From Cetorhinus maximus (lineage: Eukaryota), in NCBI RefSeq assembly GCF_964194155.1, contig NC_135881.1:202554001-202618000 (forward strand): a DNA stretch of 64,000 nucleotides, in the 5' to 3' direction. The translations under genes were made by a program, and so were the position numbers. The notes under the pieces are model-generated. The model did not search any database and was not told the DNA's origin. It saw only the letters and a program-made list of their open reading frames with translations. The number at the start of each line of letters is the position of its first letter. Position 1 is the first letter of the stretch. Below, in pieces: positions 22,810-35,490 of the stretch.

Positions 22810-23383
22810 TAACTCTTGTAGAGTTAAAACAATTAACTAAATTAACAATAACAAGGGAGAAATCAAGCACAGCCCCTAAGTCAGGTCAGCTGTAAAATCA
22901 AGGAAAAACTTTAAAGGAACCTTACAAACATCAAACCAAAATGTGATTAAAGGGGTCAACAAAACACCCACCGGGCACAGAAGGCCTCGATGGTGCCGGC
23001 AGACACCGCGTGCTCCCTTTCCAGGGACACCCGGCCGCGAATGTAGCCGCGGAAGAGGGACAAACAATCGGGCGGGACTCCCCCCTCGATCGCCCGCTGC
23101 CTGGACCTGTTAATGGCCAACCTGGCTAGGCCCAGGAGCAGGTTCACGAGGAGGTCCTCCTCCTTCCCGACCCCCTTCTGCACCGGGTGTCCGTAGATCA
23201 GGAGCGTGGGACTGAAGTGCAAACAAAACAGCAACAGAAGGTTTTCTAAATAACTAAAAAGGGAGTGCAGCCAATGACACCCTATATAAACGTGGTCCAC
23301 GGACTCCACAAAACCGCAAAAAGAGCAGGTGTCTTGGGAGTCCGTGAACCTACACATTCTACGGTTGTATGGGACTGCTGCGT
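22810..23383 (-). mobile_element. Tx1/L1-clade LINE 3' fragment (ORF2 CCHC zinc finger and 3' UTR)
   Basis: ORF 22956-23417: HAAVPYN..CSFCGFVESVDHVYIGC..LLLGLARLAINRSR..F..RW. Flanked by G runs at 22796-22809 and 23384-23388. Confidence 0.8.
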
Positions 23384-23507
23384 GGGGGTCCATTGTAGAG
23401 AAACCACCTCTCCCCATTCAAACCCAATTTAATTTAGTATTTATAATTGATGACAGTCAGACCACCTTGAAATGTTGACCTTGATTGCACGGAGAATGTG
23501 TACAGAA

Positions 23508-23662
23508 GTGGGGGAGTTTTGCTTTAGCCCCACAGGGCGTAGGGGAGGAATTTGACACCCGTGGGATTTGATGCTCCCGCCAAAGTCGACGGACTTTTGA
23601 ACGACTCGCTGCAATTTGCGCCCCGCCACGGCGGGGGGGGGGGGGCCATAAAATTCTGCCCC
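23508..23662. mobile_element. Harbinger-type MITE
   Basis: Right end AAAATTCTGCCCC (reverse complement GGGGCAGAATTTT) resembles the TIR at 3841; degenerate left end GGGGGAGTTTT; CpG-rich interior. Confidence 0.5.
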
Positions 23663-23679
23663 GTTTTTTGCACAGTTTC

Positions 23680-25400
23680 GGTTCACCCTAAGGAGGGACA
23701 TCCTTTAATCGGAAGCAGCTCAGAGAGGTTGGCTCGGCTGATTCTTGGGGTGAATGAGGAAAGGTTGGGCCAGTACTCGTTGGGAGTTTAAAAGAATGAT
23801 CCTATTGAAAGATATGAGATTCTATATGGGGCTTGACAGGGTAGATGCTGAGAGGATGTTTCCCCCACATGGAAGCACAGTTTAAAAATAAGGGGTCTCC
23901 TATTTAAGACAGAGGTGAGGAATTTCTTCTCAGAGGGTCCTTAGTGTTTGGAATTCTCTTCCCCAGAGAGCAGTGGAGGAATAAAATCAAGGCTGAGATC
24001 GATAGATTTTTTTAATTAACAAGGGAGTTGAGCGCTACGGGGCGGAAGGCAGGAAATTGGAGTTAAAAAGCCACAGTCAGATCTTATTGAATGGCGGAGC
24101 TGGCTCGAGGGACCAAATGTCCTGCACCTCCTACTTCTTATGTTCTTATGTATGTAGTATTAATGTAATCACCACAGACAGGCTGGAATTATCAGCTCCA
24201 ACTTGCATGAGCGCAAAATGTGACGGTGAATTTTTATTTTACTCAAAATTAATCCAGATTTAGTTGGGAATGTTTGATAGGAATTAAAACCTCCAACCTC
24301 TCCAATATTCAATCAGATCAAGGCTCATCCCTCTCCATATTTCTTATTACCCTTGGCTGGCAAAGATTTGTCAATCTCAGATTTAAAATTATTAATCAAC
24401 TACTTTTTTTTTGTTTGAGTTCCCCATTTCTACCACCCTTTGCACAAGGAGCTGCTCCCTAACTTCTGGATCTGATTTTTCATGTTATGTCCCCTTGTTC
24501 TGAACTCCCCCATCTGTTAAAAAACTATGTACTCCAACGAGATTTGTTTAAAAATCCTAAAAACCTCAATCAAATCACCCCCACCATCCCCCCCAACTTT
24601 CTATATTCCATATAAAATAGCACAAGCCTGGTTTATGTAACTTTCCTTGTAATTTAACCCTTGTGACATTCTGGTGAATATGCACTACGTTCCTTTCAAG
24701 GTCAATATATCCCTTCTAAGGTGCAGTACCCAGAACTGGACACAGCGCTGCAGATGTGTAACCAGTTACATTTCCCTTAAAACACTGAATTTTAATTAAA
24801 ACATGAAAATCACAAACATATTTTAACCTTACCACATACAATACAATCACAATATACTTGGGAAATAAGTGGTATATAAATCCCAACACGGCTTTGCCCT
24901 TCCCATATCTCTAAATTCTAGCCCCGTCTGCACTTCACCTCACTCGATTCTGATGCTGTCCTCGTGTGTCTCCTCACTTAACAGCCAATTGAGTACTTAC
25001 AAACATACAAAATAGGAGCAGAAGTAGGCCATTCAGCCCTTCGAGCCTGCTCCGCCCTTCAATAAGTCCACGTTCCCATCCACCCCCGATAACCTTTGAT
25101 TCCCTTGCCTAACAAGAATCTATCCACCTTCACTTTAAAAATGTTCAATTACCCCCCCCACCTCCACCGCTTTCTGAGGCAGAGAGCTCCAAAGTTGCAC
25201 AGCCCTCAGAGAGAAAAAGAATTCTCCTCACCTCTGTCCTAAAAGGCCCAAATTTTAAAACAGTGCCCCCGGTTCTGGACTCACCCACAAGAGGAAACAT
25301 CCTTTCCACGTCCACCTTATACTCCAATCAAGTCACCTCTCACTCTTCTAAACTCCAGTAGAAACAAGCTCAGTATACCCAACCTTTTCTTGTAAGACTC
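23680..25400. mobile_element. Cluster of CR1 3' fragments in both orientations
   Basis: ERMFPLVGESRT-type ORF remnants and CR1 3' UTR motifs; + at about 23680-24150, - at about 24250-24760 and 25000-25400. Confidence 0.7.
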
Positions 25401-26258
25401 TCATACTTTAAACTGTAATCACATGAAATGTATCCTCCCTGAAGTCTCATTCTTTGGATTGATGTCCGTTTCTTTGTTACACCCTCGGGGTCCTCTGTGA
25501 TGTTTCTCTATGCAAAAGTTGCTAAATAAATACAAAATACTGATATTTCTTACACTCAATTGGTTCAGCAGATATGTATCCAAACTCTAAAATACCACAA
25601 GGTTGATGATATCTCTATTGCTACCACAGCAGTGTGCTAACAAATTTAAATAGTTGCAATTAAAAGTACAATTTTTAATAGGGGGTACTGCATCCAAACC
25701 CAGTTGGTGCCAAATATTGATCACTTTAGGTTAGTAATTTGCTTAAGCAGTCAAATGTGCACAGTAGTCGTGACTGGGGCTCACTGGAGACTGATCTAAA
25801 ATTTTTGATCACCGCACCTGCTGTAACCTAATGAGCTACCATGGGCATCATGATCGGACAACCTGGACCCTTATGTAGAAACAGAAGCCGGAGTAGGTCG
25901 TTCGGCCCTTCGGACTTGCACCGCCATTCAATATGATCATGGCTGATCCTCTATCTCGATGCCGTACTCCCGCTCTCTCCCCATACCCCTTGACGCATCT
26001 GGCAGAGCAGAGGGGGATAGGAATGGCTGCTTTCATTGGGGAGGTGGAAGGGAATTGGTAACATTCTCCTAATTTCTGCTTAGTTGTGGTAGAACTTTCA
26101 ATATGTAAAAGGCTGAGCAAATATATATTGATATAGTGAATTTGGACTTTACTTCAGTCGCTAAATGAGCATATGCACTATATACAATGTTCACGTATGA
26201 CCTAACCAGCCCAACTCATTGTATTTGTTACCTAGGGTGAAGCCTTTCGCTCATTAAC

Positions 26259-27614
26259 ATGGGTATCCATGGATTGATGACTTACATTGGAGAAAATAAT
26301 ATATTTTTTAATAACGTCAAGGTACAAAATACGAAAATTGTAATCGATGGCAATAACTTATTTCATAGACTTTACTTTGACTCTGGTCTTGATCTTGAGC
26401 ACGGAGGTGAATATGATTTGTTTACTGACGTCATCTGCAAGTTCTTTGAAGCCCTGTCTCTCTGTAATATTACACCATATGTGGTATTTGATGGTGGATG
26501 CGACTGTACTGATAAGAAGTTTGAAACTATCAAACAGCGTGCCAGGGAGAAAATCCAAAAGGCACATGTTATCTCGAGGGGCGGGGGAGGGTTGCTACTG
26601 CCGCTGCTCAGCCCAGAAGTTTTTAAACAAGTTTTAGTGCATTTGCAAGTACCTTTTGTCCAGTGCCATTCAGAAGCAGACCGTGACATTGTAACCCTCG
26701 CTAATCAGTGGGCCTGTCCAGTCCTAACACTAGACAGTGACTTCTGTGTCTTTGATTTGAAGGCTGGTTATTGCCCCCTCAATTACTTTAAATGGCAAAA
26801 CATAATTACTCATAAAGACCGCACCGGATCCTACATTTCGGCCCAGTGTTTCTCCGTGGAGAATTTCTGTAACCATTTTAGCCACATAAATAAAGCTCTT
26901 CTCCCTCTGTTTGCGGTGTTGAATGGCAATGATTACGTGAATCTTCCTTCCTTGGAGGCCTTTTTCACCCGAGTGCGTTTCCATGCAACGACTTCTGTGT
27001 CAACGGGAAGGAAAAACATGCGGATTCAAGGGCTCCTCAACTGGCTGTCCAGATTTACTGATCCGAAGGAGGCCATTGAAAATATTCTGAAGTACCTAAA
27101 ACAAAATGAACACGAAGAGGTCCGCAAAGTTCTCTGCTCTCTTATGGATGAATATACTCAGTCAGAAGTGGACCTTACAAAGTTCTTTCAGAATAAAGAT
27201 GTGAGACCCCACATTGCGACTGCTTTGGCCAGCAAAGCCCCCGAATGGGTATGCCTTGCTCTAATCAAAGGAGAGTTAGCCCCATTTCTTAGTGACTGCT
27301 TGATCTTAAAGAGGGTGTTTTTGCGACCTCAGGTGGAGAATACAGGCAGGCCCAGCAGTAATAGTTGCTCGTTGCATATTCGCCAGGTTATGTATGGACT
27401 TCTACTATATACCAATGAGCCTTGTCGTGACTTAGCATTGGATTTGGCGAGCAGCACGTGGGGAGGGGCAGGCATTGATGCTGAGGAACACAGCAAAGTG
27501 CATTGTGTGGAGGAATTCGATAGATATGAGCAAACACTGAGAAAAACTAGTGTTCAAGCGGTGCTGAAAAGATTCAACTCAGATGAAATCTATTCATTGC
27601 AAAGACTACCAGAG
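26259..27614 (+). CDS. ASTE1: Protein asteroid homolog 1 (XPG/PIN-family ssDNA endonuclease), coding exon 1
   Basis: MGIHGLMTYI..KIVIDGNNLFHRL..YVVFDGG..SEADRDI..CPVLTLDSDF..GNDY are XPG-N/I motifs. Acceptor cctAG at 26234-26235, donor GAG/GTGAGT, phase 0. Confidence 0.96.
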
Positions 27615-28914
27615 GTGAGTGTACACATATGATATAAAGTGTGAGATATAGGAACTAAGGTATATGGTATTACACAATGTCATGGATATGTCTCCTATGG
27701 AGGGAGATCTCTTCTAAGTCATAACCACCCGTGCCTTGATCATCACAATAATATTTCTTTAACTTTGATTTTTTGGGGGAAAATTATGTGCATCAAGGCT
27801 GGACCTGAAATGTTTTTCATTTTGGCTCTGTTCACAGTATCATCCACTGTTTATCCATATACAAATTAAAGTTTCCTACTTTTACTCCAAAATCAGAGCA
27901 CCCAACATGACATTTTTATTTTAAAAGCCATATATCCAGCAGTACCTCTGAGATTGACATAAATTGGCTAATAATGGGCACTTCCTTGCCATTGGTCGAC
28001 CACTATGAGTCAAGATAAGTCAGCCTAACTTCATGTGAAATCCATACATTTTACATAGTTAATAACCAACTTTGTACTAATATATTTCCCAATATATTGA
28101 AAACAAAATTATATGGAAATGGACACCAGCTTAGATTTTGAAATTTGGTGAGCTTCCAGTTTAAATTTACTGTTTTAAATTCATGTGAAATATTTGTAGA
28201 AATTGTCCAAGTTACCACAAATTCTGCTTTTATCACAGAGTTATAGTTTGTAACTTTCAACATTTGTACTTTAAATTTTCAGCTTTTGGGTGTGTTTTTT
28301 TAACACCCTTACTGATTTGTGTCTCAGACTCAGTATTGGAAACATGCTGAATTACATTTTAAGCAAAAAAGCTTTCCTGATCCCAATATATCAAGTAGTA
28401 ATAAAACAAAGTGCTGGAATCACTCAGCACATCTGGCAGCATCTGTGGAGAGAGATGATGAAACATTAGCTCTGATGCTGCTTGACCTGCTGAGTATTTC
28501 ATACCAATTAGGAGGAGTCGGCCATTCGGCCCCGAACCTGCTCAAGCATTCAATAAGATCATGGCTGATCTGACTGTGGCCTCAACGCCACTATCCTGCC
28601 TCTCTACTCTTTGATTCCCTTGTTAGTCAAGAATCTATTTCTGCCTTAAAAATATTCAATGACCCTGCCTCTGTCACTCTCTGGGCAAGAGAGGTCCACA
28701 GACTACCTACCCTCAAAAAATTTCTCCTCAACTCCATTTTAAATTTTTAAATAAATTTCCAACATTTTCTGTTATTTCAGATTTGCAGTATCCACAGTAT
28801 TTTGCTCTTATATTAGGCAGTAAACAGTTCTGTTAATTAGGAATCAATACTGAGCAGTTACGTGTAAATGGATTGGTTTGTTAGAGGATCTTGATCACAC
28901 GTTATCTTTTGCAG

Positions 28915-29122
28915 ATTTCTACGTCAGACAGAATCAGCTTTCTACTGGACACCTTGAGGACAAAACCTGATGTGCTGGCCTTGCCAGCTCACCTGCAGTT
29001 AACACTTGCTGTAACCTGCTCCTGGGTAGCTCATGCTGAACCCAGAGTGACATTGTACCATCTCCAGGCTTTGCTGCTTTGCATTGTAACTGGAGAACTA
29101 CATAAAATAATACACAAGCCAG
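28915..29122 (+). CDS. ASTE1: ASTE1 coding exon 2
   Basis: ttttgcAG / ISTSDRISFLLDTL..LPAHLQLTLAVTCSW..LQALLLCIVTGEL..KP / GTAAAT; 208 nt, phase 0 to 1. Confidence 0.9.
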
Positions 29123-29429
29123 GTAAATAGAAACTACAAAAAGACAGCATAGCATAATAGCATTTCTGTGTTTATATATTGTAAATTAGAGTGGCGTTAT
29201 TCAGTGGTGAAAGATACTAGCAGGTGAAAGATTCGTTGGTTTCCCGTAGGCTGTTTCTTGAATGCATGGCTATCCACAGTGCAGGCAAGGATGAATTGTC
29301 TGATTTTTGTTGGGACTGCTGATCTTTCTAGCTTGCCTTTTGTCCTTGGCTGTCTGTATTCTTTGCTGCTTAAAGGGAACACCACCACTACTTGAGATTG
29401 CTCCCCAGGTAGATCTTTCTTGTGCATGT

Positions 29430-29700
29430 CTGTACTGGACGTATCACATTTCCTTAGGTTTGCCTTCCAGAAATCTTTGAACCTTAATCTTGGTGTTCAA
29501 TTTAAGTTGTGAATAAATGACTACCTTGGGGATAAAGTCAGCCAGACGTACAACATGTCCACTCCATCTGAGCTGAGCTCTCATGATGAGTGCTTCAATT
29601 CCAGACATTTCTGCTCTTTGAAGTATCTCAGTGTTGGGCACTTATCCTCCCATTTGATGCCCACGATGTTCCAAATGCATCTCATGTATCTCATTAGTAG
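29430..29700 (-). mobile_element. RTE LINE fragment
   Basis: PNTEILQRAEMSGIEALIMRAQLRWSGHVVR is the RTE C-terminal signature. Confidence 0.75.
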
Positions 29701-31108
29701 ATTAGTGCTGCATCTTATCACTTTATAATTCTACTACACTGAGTTCTTGATCTGAAACAGTCCCCTCCTTTCATTTCCTCTTTTCCCTTCCTTTACTGTC
29801 CTGGATAAAATAAGTGACAATTAATTTGTGGTTCAGTCAACACCTCTTTGTTGCATTATTGACAGATATAGAACGAATTGTTATTGTCAGAATGGTCAAC
29901 CCCCTCGCCCCCCCAAATGTTCCTTAGGCTGTGTTTATTTGTGCCATAACACTAGGGGGAGCACTTCCTGCACATACACAGAGGGAGTGTCAGCCACAGA
30001 AAGTGAGATCTTTTAAATGCAGCTGGTGTGTCGTAACTCATTTTATCATTTACAAGTAGACAGATAGCCTAAATTAAGTTTTTGAGATGCAAACTGAAAC
30101 CCGGTATTAGGGAGTAAATTAAAACTGGATCATGTTAGGATTAACTTTTCCCCAAGATGATCTGTTCATTTGCCTGTCATTAAAATTCTCCACCAAAACA
30201 CATCAGGGTATTGTTTTTTTTAAATTGGAACTTTTTTTTGCTGATGCTATCAAAAAGACTTTGGGAAACATCAAAATGTATGCGCCTACCCCGTCTTGTA
30301 TTATTTATTAACACGTACTATTTTCTACAAGCGAATGTATTCTCTGGTGACTGGGCTCTCCTGGTTCACTCTTTATAATTCTTGTACCTGTGACAAGGGC
30401 CTTTATTCACCACAATTCTTCAGTGTTTTGAATTAAAAAGTAAAATTAAGTAAGTAATAAAACACTTTTAAAAAAAACTATCATGCAATAGGCAATGGGC
30501 ACAAGGCAATGATTCTGGGATGAAGAACTCCTTTAACTATCAAATGAGCTAGCCAGGCTATGCAGGAGTTGGCATTTGCTGTAGCACTGATGCTCCTGCC
30601 ACTGACCAGAAAATATTAGTGTATTGGAGTGGTCACTGCATATCAGTTGGAAGCAGGAACCAGGATTTGATTGCCTCTTTCTTCCCACCCCACAAAAACA
30701 GCTACAGTAGCCTGCCTGTTGCCCTGACTCAGACCAGCTAGATTGACACAAAAAGAAAGTCGAATCTGGCGTCTTTTGCTAGTTTTAAATCATTTCATGG
30801 AAAAGCTTATGGAATTATCTTTTTGCAACTTTACTCAAAGACTAGTGTTCTGAAGCAAGGGTTAGTATTAAATGGTGGCGACAGACTTAATTCTTAGGAG
30901 AATCTTTTGATGGCTTTCCCAGAAGCAGTCACAGGGTTTCAGTTGACTGAGATGTGGATACATTTAGGGAATCCCCATGACCATTCTGCAGCGTGACAGG
31001 CCTGCGTCTGTAAACTCAGATGTTAAATCTAACAATGGAAATAATAAATAATTGCTGAGGAACTTGGAGGGAGCATGACTAATTATGTTTACAATCAAAT
31101 CTGCCTAG

Positions 31109-31304
31109 GTAACAGCAGCTCTGAGGAGAGGAACGTCAGAATGGTGTATGACAGACTGTCTCAGCTGAGACAAAGAAAGCAGCAGATGGGGAATCTGGAT
31201 ATAGATGTAGCTCACGTGTTCTCTCAGTGGCAGAGCTGTCTTTTAATGGGAATCTATCTAAATCGGCTCCTGTGCTGTCCCCTTCCAGTGCCTGATATTA
31301 CACG
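31109..31304 (+). CDS. ASTE1: ASTE1 coding exon 3
   Basis: cctAG / NSSSEER..LDIDVAHVFSQWQSCLLMGIYLNRLLCCPLPVPDIT / GTAAGG; 196 nt, phase 1 to 2. Confidence 0.92.
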
Positions 31305-31574
31305 GTAAGGAGATATATACAAGATAATTGTAGATGGCAGCGTGATCACTAAGGATTATTAAATACCAGCTTAATGTTCATCGTCTCATCTGAAAAATGG
31401 ATAAAGCCTTGTTCCCTCTCAATTCCCTTAGATTACAGGACATAGCAGTTTGCTTGGTAAATGTGTGAATATAGTTCATATTTAATATCCTGCAAATGCT
31501 ATTAGTGATGAATGAGATCCTTGCCTATATATGTGAATTTGGCAAAAAAATACAGTAATTATGGTGCAGTAGTT

Positions 31575-31860
31575 TCTCTCCTGTGCTCTATGAAAGTTCA
31601 CCATCACCTGCAAGGTCCAAGGTCCCCTCCAAGCCACACGCCATCCTGACTTGGAACTGTATCGCCGTTCCTTCAGTGTCATTAGGTCAAAATCCTGGAA
31701 CTCCCTTCCTAACATCACTATGGGTGTACCTACACCACATGGACTGCAGCGGTTCAAGAAGGCAGCTCACCCCCACCTTGTCAAAGGCAGTTAGGGATGG
31801 GCAATAAAGGCTGGCCCAGCCAGCAACTCTCAGCCCGTGAAAGAATAAATTTTTAAAAAC
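31575..31860 (+). mobile_element. LINE 3' end (CR1-group family whose tail is shared with the tRNA-SINEs here)
   Basis: ggcagctcacccccacc..ggcagttagggatgggcaataaa.. tail; related copies at about 37330-37625 (+) and 54950-55330 (-). Confidence 0.65.
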
Positions 31861-33731
31861 TTGTGGTTTTAGATTTACAATATGTTCAGACTATTCCAAT
31901 ATTTTAAGATTAAGAAAATGATCATATAGTTAGTAGAAAGTAGTTATTTTATCCTGTATATAACTGGTTACAAATCCCTTCCGCTGCCCTCTCCCCACCC
32001 CCCCACCCAGTTAAAATACACCAACTATCTGTGATCCGGGACAGAGGAATAATATCAATATGCACAGAAATATGGGCAGAAAGATGATGGATGAAATTTA
32101 ATGTGATACATTTTGGGAGGAAGGATAAAGCATGTTCACTAAATGGTGAAAACTTTACAGTGCATAGAAAGACCTGGTGTTCAGTACAGAAATCTTTGAA
32201 AGTGAGAGGTTAAGTTGTAAATAAGCTTATAGGACCTCTGATTTCTAAATTAAAGTGTAGAGTACCAATGGCCAAGAGTTAATGCAAACAAGTACATATT
32301 GATTGGGCCTCAGTTAGAATGATATTCAGTTTTGCTTGCCTTATTTTAGGAGGAATATCAAGGCTGTGGAGAGGCTGCGAGAGCAATAATTTCTGATTGA
32401 GAGCTTTAATTAGGAGGATAGACTAGAGAAACCTGAGCTCTTTTCACAGGAATACAGAAGGGCAAGAAGAGATTTGATGGAGGTGTTCAAAGGCCTTTGA
32501 TAAAAAGGAAAAATCGATTGCCACTGGTCTGAATTGGTCATCAGAAAGTATAGATATGAGGTCATCACCAAAAATGGAGACATTACGAGCGTTTTCTTTT
32601 CACCCAGATAAGATGTTGGGACAGAGTCCCAAAGTCAGAATTCATAAAATGGAAATTGGTGATTTCAAATTTAAATGGGGAGTGGGAATGTGGAACTCTG
32701 CTGAAAGGCTGCGGATACTTGGCAAAATGAAAGTTTTAAAATTGAGAAATTATTCAGTAAGGGTATCCATGAATATGGAGCTAGCAGGTAAATGGAGGTG
32801 AGGTGCTGTTGTTCCTATGGATGGGGCAAATAGTCTCCTTTTGTCCTGTATAATTCTAGAATAGGGCCTTGGGATGTGGTTAATACCTTTCAGTATACTG
32901 TTTTCTAATTTATGAGCAAACTGTTATGATTGAACTCAGATTAGCACAACAGAAATACAAACTTATTATGGTACAGCTATTTCCATACCTCTGTTATATG
33001 ATGAAAGCAGTTTAGTTGCACAGGTGAATAACCCAGAAGAGGCACCCTGCCCTTTCCAAAAAAAAGTTTCAGGATATGCACTAGGTGGTGGTCGGTAACA
33101 GATAATACTGACAACTGAGACTGCTGGGTGCTGACTGTTTGGAAGGGCATTGGAAGAGGCAAGCAGAAATGAAAAACTCATTTGGCCAAGAGGGCCTAGA
33201 GAAAATAGAGGCCAGCAAATCATTCACCTTCCCAGCCCACTGTCTTCCTCTGCAGCAAATGCGGCAGAGACTACTATGCCAGAGTAGGGCTCCTGAGCCA
33301 CGCCAAGCAATGCTTAATACAGAGTTGACCACCACGGCGCATACGCGGAAGGCTGCCACAGATAGATAACCTTCCTTCCTGCTTTCCAGTTTGTAATAGT
33401 TCTCTTCAATTTCTGCATTTCATGTAACACAGTAAATGTATGTTCTCTCTGAATGAAAAAATGACTCTCTGCCCCCAGCACCTAATGAGTTCATCTCAGA
33501 TCAAGAATTTCCCTTAGCTGGCCTCAGATCAGTGCTGGAAGAGATTTGTCTGTTACCAGGGAGAAACTTCCACAGTGTTCACTTTTTACTAATATATTTC
33601 CAACCCTGCTTATGATCAGAAGTTTTACATTTTAAGCAATGCTACCAGTTTTTGAATAAACCTAATTGATTTCCTGCATAGTCCTTTAAGAATTCCCTCT
33701 CATATCTATTCTTTCTGTCTGTTCTGGAAAG

Positions 33732-34026
33732 CCTCTATAGTGGGTCTTTTGTGCATCGTTTGTATCAAGAGCTAAAATCGATGGTTGCTGCAAAGGACCT
33801 ATTAAAGGGTTCTCTGATTGCAAGTGAGCTCCTGCACACACTGACCGCCGCAATACCAGCAGACCTCTTCCAGAAGAAAAGTAAGTCCAAGTCTCACAAC
33901 AAACTGAAGGAAAAGCAAACAGCTAATTCAACTATGTCATCCATGAGCAAAGATAATCAACGGCTCCCTACCTGGCATGATGCAAATAACCGATTTGCAG
34001 CCTTATCAACTGAGGATTTTGGATAA
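33732..34026 (+). CDS. ASTE1: ASTE1 last coding exon
   Basis: Pyrimidine tract then AG / (R)LYSGSFVHRLYQEL..NNRFAALSTEDFG*. The four exons total 2055 nt = 684 aa plus stop. Confidence 0.9.
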
Positions 34027-35484
34027 AACCACAATGTTACTTTACAGCACCAAAAACTGTTGGAATCTTGAATACAAACTGCACGTGAGACATGCAACTC
34101 ACTTTTCACAGCACTGCACAAGGTTTTGGCAAGGATGGATCACCATGACCCATTTTGTTTTTAAGCTTGCCTTTTAAAGAGGAAAGCAGTTAATTTCATG
34201 GTGAATTTATAACAGTTGCATAAAATTGACAATGTTTTTCAAAACTTTATGTTTCTAAGGGGCCCATACCTAATTCATTAACTAAGCTTCAGTCAACAGG
34301 TGCACAATGCTGCTGCTGATACTGTAACATAACAGGCTTATAAATGATAAGTGAAATATTTTACGACAGTATTTAGTTCAGATCTAATTCTAGGACCATC
34401 AGTTTGGGAAGTAGCTTATCAAATATTTTAGGTGTAGCGTAAATTAATCTCAAATGACCTTTTCTTGCATACCAAATTTATTGTAAAATGAGCAATTGCC
34501 ACTTTCTTTTCTGCTATCAAGTGTAGAACTTGACCAGTGCACCATTATATATTTTTTTAAATCTGCTGCATGAATTCCATAGTGGTAATTTGTATACTTT
34601 GCTCTCCCCCTTCCCAACTAATTACGATACCAATTTCTATTCATCTCCTCTTACCTGAAGGTAATAATCTCTCACTGGGCAAAGTTTCCCTTTTACACAT
34701 TATCCAAGTGGCCATTTATTTGTGGACCTCAAGAATATGTTGGGCCATTTCTCAGTTATCATAGCCGAGCCCAGTCAGGTTTGCACCTGTGATCCACATA
34801 CGCACAATTCCAGCCTTTTCTCTCTGTCAGCTAGGGATTGAGAGTACAAATGTGGTCCTGTTATTGAATTTATAATGATATCTAGTGCAGTACAGACCAG
34901 TTGAATCATGGCTGGACTCTGCTGTGCATAGATGAGCATTTGGTTAAGTTCATTAAGCAATCAAAGCAGTTTGCACGTTGCCATTAAGTGACACTCCCAA
35001 TTTTAGACCGTGTGGGGGTTACAGTTAAATTTAACCAAAGGTCTAAGCGGGGTTGAAAGGACTTCAGATTATCGGAGCATTCTCATCCTTCCACATTACA
35101 ATGCTAATTTAGCATCTATTAATGCACTATTCCATCCAACACAGAAGATACATTTTTAAGAACTGTTTATGATGTTGCCTTCCATCTATTAGATAAACAG
35201 ACTATAATGTACAATAGAAGTAAATGGTTTAACATTGAAGAGTTTCAGCTTTCATATGCATCAAACATTATATGCAGAAGTCACTGATTTATGTTGGCTA
35301 ATTTCAGGACTAGTATCCCAAAGAAGTATATTTTATTCAAAGTGCTTTCATTTTACGAGTGCTAGATTCTACCGTACCAGCCAGGTTGCATCTTACCAGC
35401 CTTATGGCCAGTAAAGTCTTGACCATTTTCATTTTGAATTAACAAGAATTGTTGTAACTATTATCTAATTCTATCTGGAGATGA

Positions 35485-35490
35485 AATAAA
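35485..35490 (+). terminator. Probable ASTE1 polyadenylation signal
   Basis: AATAAA followed about 15-30 nt later by a GU/U-rich element tttgttttcttttgtg. Confidence 0.55.

Noticed and set aside
21718-22870. Long alternative-frame and antisense ORFs over HSCB (e.g. 22037-22840, 21817-22386, 21747-22295)
   Set aside because: Stop-codon scarcity from extreme GC content; low-complexity Gly/Ala/Pro/Arg translations with no recognisable domain.
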